DNA of 64,000 nt, taken from Candidatus Eiseniibacteriota bacterium (GTDB lineage Bacteria; Eisenbacteria; RBG-16-71-46; CAVPCR01). The notes below the pieces were generated by a model. That model was not told where the DNA came from. It made no database searches and saw nothing but the letters and a program-made list of their open reading frames with translations. Every line of letters begins with the position of its first letter. Within the stretch, counting starts at the first letter, position 1. Below, one piece after another: positions 61,745-64,000 of the stretch. The translations under genes were made by a program, and so were the position numbers. Location: positions 352,001-416,000 of the forward strand of contig CAVPCR010000002.1 of assembly GCA_963702435.1 (NCBI GenBank). Reading direction: 5' to 3'.

Positions 61745-63649
61745 TTGAATACTAGAAAACACACCTCGCATCCGCCGGGACGCCCGGCGTCCCGGCCCCG
61801 CACCGCGCTCGCCGCGCTCGCCGTCCTCGCGCTCGTCCTCCTCGTCTTCCTGCCCACGCTCCGGCACGAGTTCGTGGACTGGGACGATACCGACAACTTC
61901 GTCCGGAACCAGAATTACCGCGGGCTCGGCCCCGACCAGATCCGCTGGATGTTCACGACCTTCCACATGGGTCACTTCCAGCCCCTGACCTGGCTCACGC
62001 TCGGCTTCGACTACACGTGGGCCGCGGCCGTCCTCGGTGACGGAATGGATGCGCGCGCCTATCACGCCACGAACACGCTCCTCCACGCGCTGAACGCCTT
62101 CCTCTTCGTCTTCGTCGCCCGGCGACTCCTCGCGCTGGCGCCGCTCACGCTCGCGGCGCGGCCGGCGGCACTCCTTCTCGCCGCCGCGTTCGCCGGCCTC
62201 CTCTTCGGCGTGCATCCGCTCCGCGTCGAGTCGGTGGCCTGGGTCACCGAGCGCCGGGATCTCCTGAGCTCGTTCTTCTTCCTCGCCGCGGTGCTCGCCT
62301 ACCTGCGCTTCACCGAGCCCGGACGACCTCACGATCGCCGCTGGCTCGCGCTCACCTTCGCCGCCTTCGGGCTGGGGCTCCTGTCCAAGGTGAGCGTCGT
62401 CGTCCTCCCGGTCGTGCTCCTCGTCCTCGACTGGTATCCGCTCCGCCGCATGCGCCCGCGCACGATCCGGCGCGCCGTCTACGAGAAGATCCCCTTCCTC
62501 GCGCTCTCGCTCGTCTTCGGTCTGGTCGCCGCGATCGGCCAGGCCAAGAACCACTGGCTCTATCCGCTGGCCGATCATCCGCTCCCCGCCCGCATCGCGC
62601 AGTCCTTCTACGGGCTTGTCTTCTACATCATGAAGACCATCGTCCCCACCGGCCTCCTCCCCATCTACGAGATGCGCTTCCCGGTGAACCCGCTGGAGCC
62701 GCGCTTCATCCTGGCGGCCGCGATCGTCCTCGCAGCGGCGCTCCTCCTCGTCCGCCATCGCCGGAGCGTTCCCTCGCTCGTCGCCGCCGCCCTCGTCTAC
62801 GCGGTCGTGCTCGCGCCGGTGATCGGCATCGCGCAGAACGGCTCGCAGATCGTGGCCGACCGCTACAGCTACATCTCGTGCCTCGGCTGGGCGGTGGTCA
62901 CCGCCGGCGGCGCGCTCGCCCTCACCCTCCGGCGCCCGCCGCTCGCCCGGCCGCTCGCCACCGCCGCCCTCGTCGTGGTCGCCGCGCTCTCGGTACTCAC
63001 CTGGCGGCAGTGCCTCGTCTGGCGCTCGACGGAGTCGCTCTGGACCTACACGGCCGCACGCGCCCCCGGGAGCTCGATCGCGCAGAACGGCTACGGCTAC
63101 GTGCTCCTCACGCAAGGACGGGCCGCCGAGGCCATCCCCCACCTCCGCCAGGCCATCGCCATCCAGCCGAGCAACGGGCAGGCGCATGCGAACCTGTGGC
63201 GCGCGATCCGCCAGAGCGGAGACGAGGAGGCGCTCATCGCCGCCTATCGCGAGTCGATCCGGCTCCGGCCCACCCTCGCCGATGCGCACTTCAACCTGGG
63301 GAATGCGCTCATGCGGCGGAACGAGGCGGGCTCCGCGGTGCGGAGCTACGAGGAGGCGGTCCGCCTGCGCCCTGACGTCGCCACGTATCACGGCGCGCTG
63401 GCCAAGGCCTGCCACGACAACGGGGACCTGGCCGCCGCCGAGCGCGAGAACCGGCGCGCCCTCGAGCTCGATCCCGGCCTCGCGATCGCCCACGTCAATC
63501 TGGCGATCGTGCTGCATGCCGCGGGCCGGCTGCCGGAGGCGATCGCGGAGCTCGAGCGCACGCTGGCGATCACGCCGGGGCACGCCGGGGCCCGCCGCCT
63601 CCTCGCCCAGTTCAGGGCCGAGGCGATCGCGGCGCCGGCACCGCACTGA
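61745..63649 (+). CDS. TMTC-like GT-C membrane glycosyltransferase with C-terminal TPRs
   Basis: FVDWDD acidic loop after TM1, FQPLTWL, HPLRVESVAWVTERRDLL, LLSK, ADRYSY, then TPR repeats; extended -10-like TGCTATGAT at 61727. Confidence 0.8.
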   Translation: MNTRKHTSHPPGRPASRPRTALAALAVLALVLLVFLPTLRHEFVDWDDTDNFVRNQNYRGLGPDQIRWMFTTFHMGHFQPLTWLTLGFDYTWAAAVLGDGMDARAYHATNTLLHALNAFLFVFVARRLLALAPLTLAARPAALLLAAAFAGLLFGVHPLRVESVAWVTERRDLLSSFFFLAAVLAYLRFTEPGRPHDRRWLALTFAAFGLGLLSKVSVVVLPVVLLVLDWYPLRRMRPRTIRRAVYEKIPFLALSLVFGLVAAIGQAKNHWLYPLADHPLPARIAQSFYGLVFYIMKTIVPTGLLPIYEMRFPVNPLEPRFILAAAIVLAAALLLVRHRRSVPSLVAAALVYAVVLAPVIGIAQNGSQIVADRYSYISCLGWAVVTAGGALALTLRRPPLARPLATAALVVVAALSVLTWRQCLVWRSTESLWTYTAARAPGSSIAQNGYGYVLLTQGRAAEAIPHLRQAIAIQPSNGQAHANLWRAIRQSGDEEALIAAYRESIRLRPTLADAHFNLGNALMRRNEAGSAVRSYEEAVRLRPDVATYHGALAKACHDNGDLAAAERENRRALELDPGLAIAHVNLAIVLHAAGRLPEAIAELERTLAITPGHAGARRLLAQFRAEAIAAPAPH

Positions 63650-63682
63650 GGTCCGGCTCGCGCTGACGTTCGGCCTCGAGCT

Positions 63683-64000
63683 TCAGCGCAGCTTGAGCCG
63701 CCACCAGGCGAACCAGCTCATCTTGAGGAGCAGCAGGCCGTGCTTGAAGCGGCTGATATTGGTCGTGCCGTAGGTGCGGGCGGCATAGCGCACCGGGATC
63801 TCGACGATCTTGAGATTCGCCTTCGCCGCGCCGAGCAGGAGATCGAAGTCCCCGAACGGGTCGAAGTCCCCGAAGTAGGAGCGGTTGCGCGCGATGAGCT
63901 CGTAGTGGGCGCGCGACAGCACCTTGGTGCCGCACAGGGTGTCGCGGATCGGCTGATCGAGGAGCCACGTGAAGAGGAAGCTGAAGAAGCGGTTCCCGAG
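63683..64000 (-). CDS. Glycosyltransferase family 2 protein, C-terminal part (5' end outside the window)
   Basis: LGNRFFS...IRDTLCGTK...GDFDPFGDFDLL...EIPVRY. Confidence 0.85.
   Translation of the reverse strand, partial: LGNRFFSFLFTWLLDQPIRDTLCGTKVLSRAHYELIARNRSYFGDFDPFGDFDLLLGAAKANLKIVEIPVRYAARTYGTTNISRFKHGLLLLKMSWFAWWRLKLR

Overview
Very GC-rich bacterial DNA with outer-membrane genes (TamA/TamB, secretin, porin). Two secreted proteins carry FlgD-Ig/T9SS-like C-terminal domains, which suggests an FCB-adjacent lineage such as Eisenbacteria or Latescibacterota; this is inference only. Contents in order: (1) partial membrane GAF/RsbU-type phosphatase; (2) complete moxR-DUF58-bat operon and a divergent PpiC isomerase; (3) Tad/Flp pilus locus (flp-tadV-rcpC-rcpA-tadZ-tadA-tadB-tadC-tadE) ending in an apparently deleted tadG remnant; (4) secreted hexaheme cytochrome c with Ig-like and sorting domains; (5) ald-like gene, CoA transferase and yjbQ; (6) htrA and tamB-tamA; (7) YidE/AspT transporter convergent with an mscS-dcaP-membrane protein operon; (8) small repeat protein plus a large S8 protease with a duplicated unknown domain; (9) heavily frameshifted 2-hydroxyacyl-CoA dehydratase activase system; (10) a compact signalling cassette; (11) Leu/Phe/Val dehydrogenase, TMTC-like GT-C/TPR protein and a partial GT2. 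The cassette (FHA protein, HEAT-repeat Ser/Thr kinase, two divergent PilT ATPases, GAF-HD-GYP, and a membrane HD-GYP-PP2C fusion with a degenerate HD-GYP site) is the best candidate for an undescribed system. I saw no rRNA, tRNA, CRISPR array or transposase. All calls come from reading motifs by eye; no database search was run.
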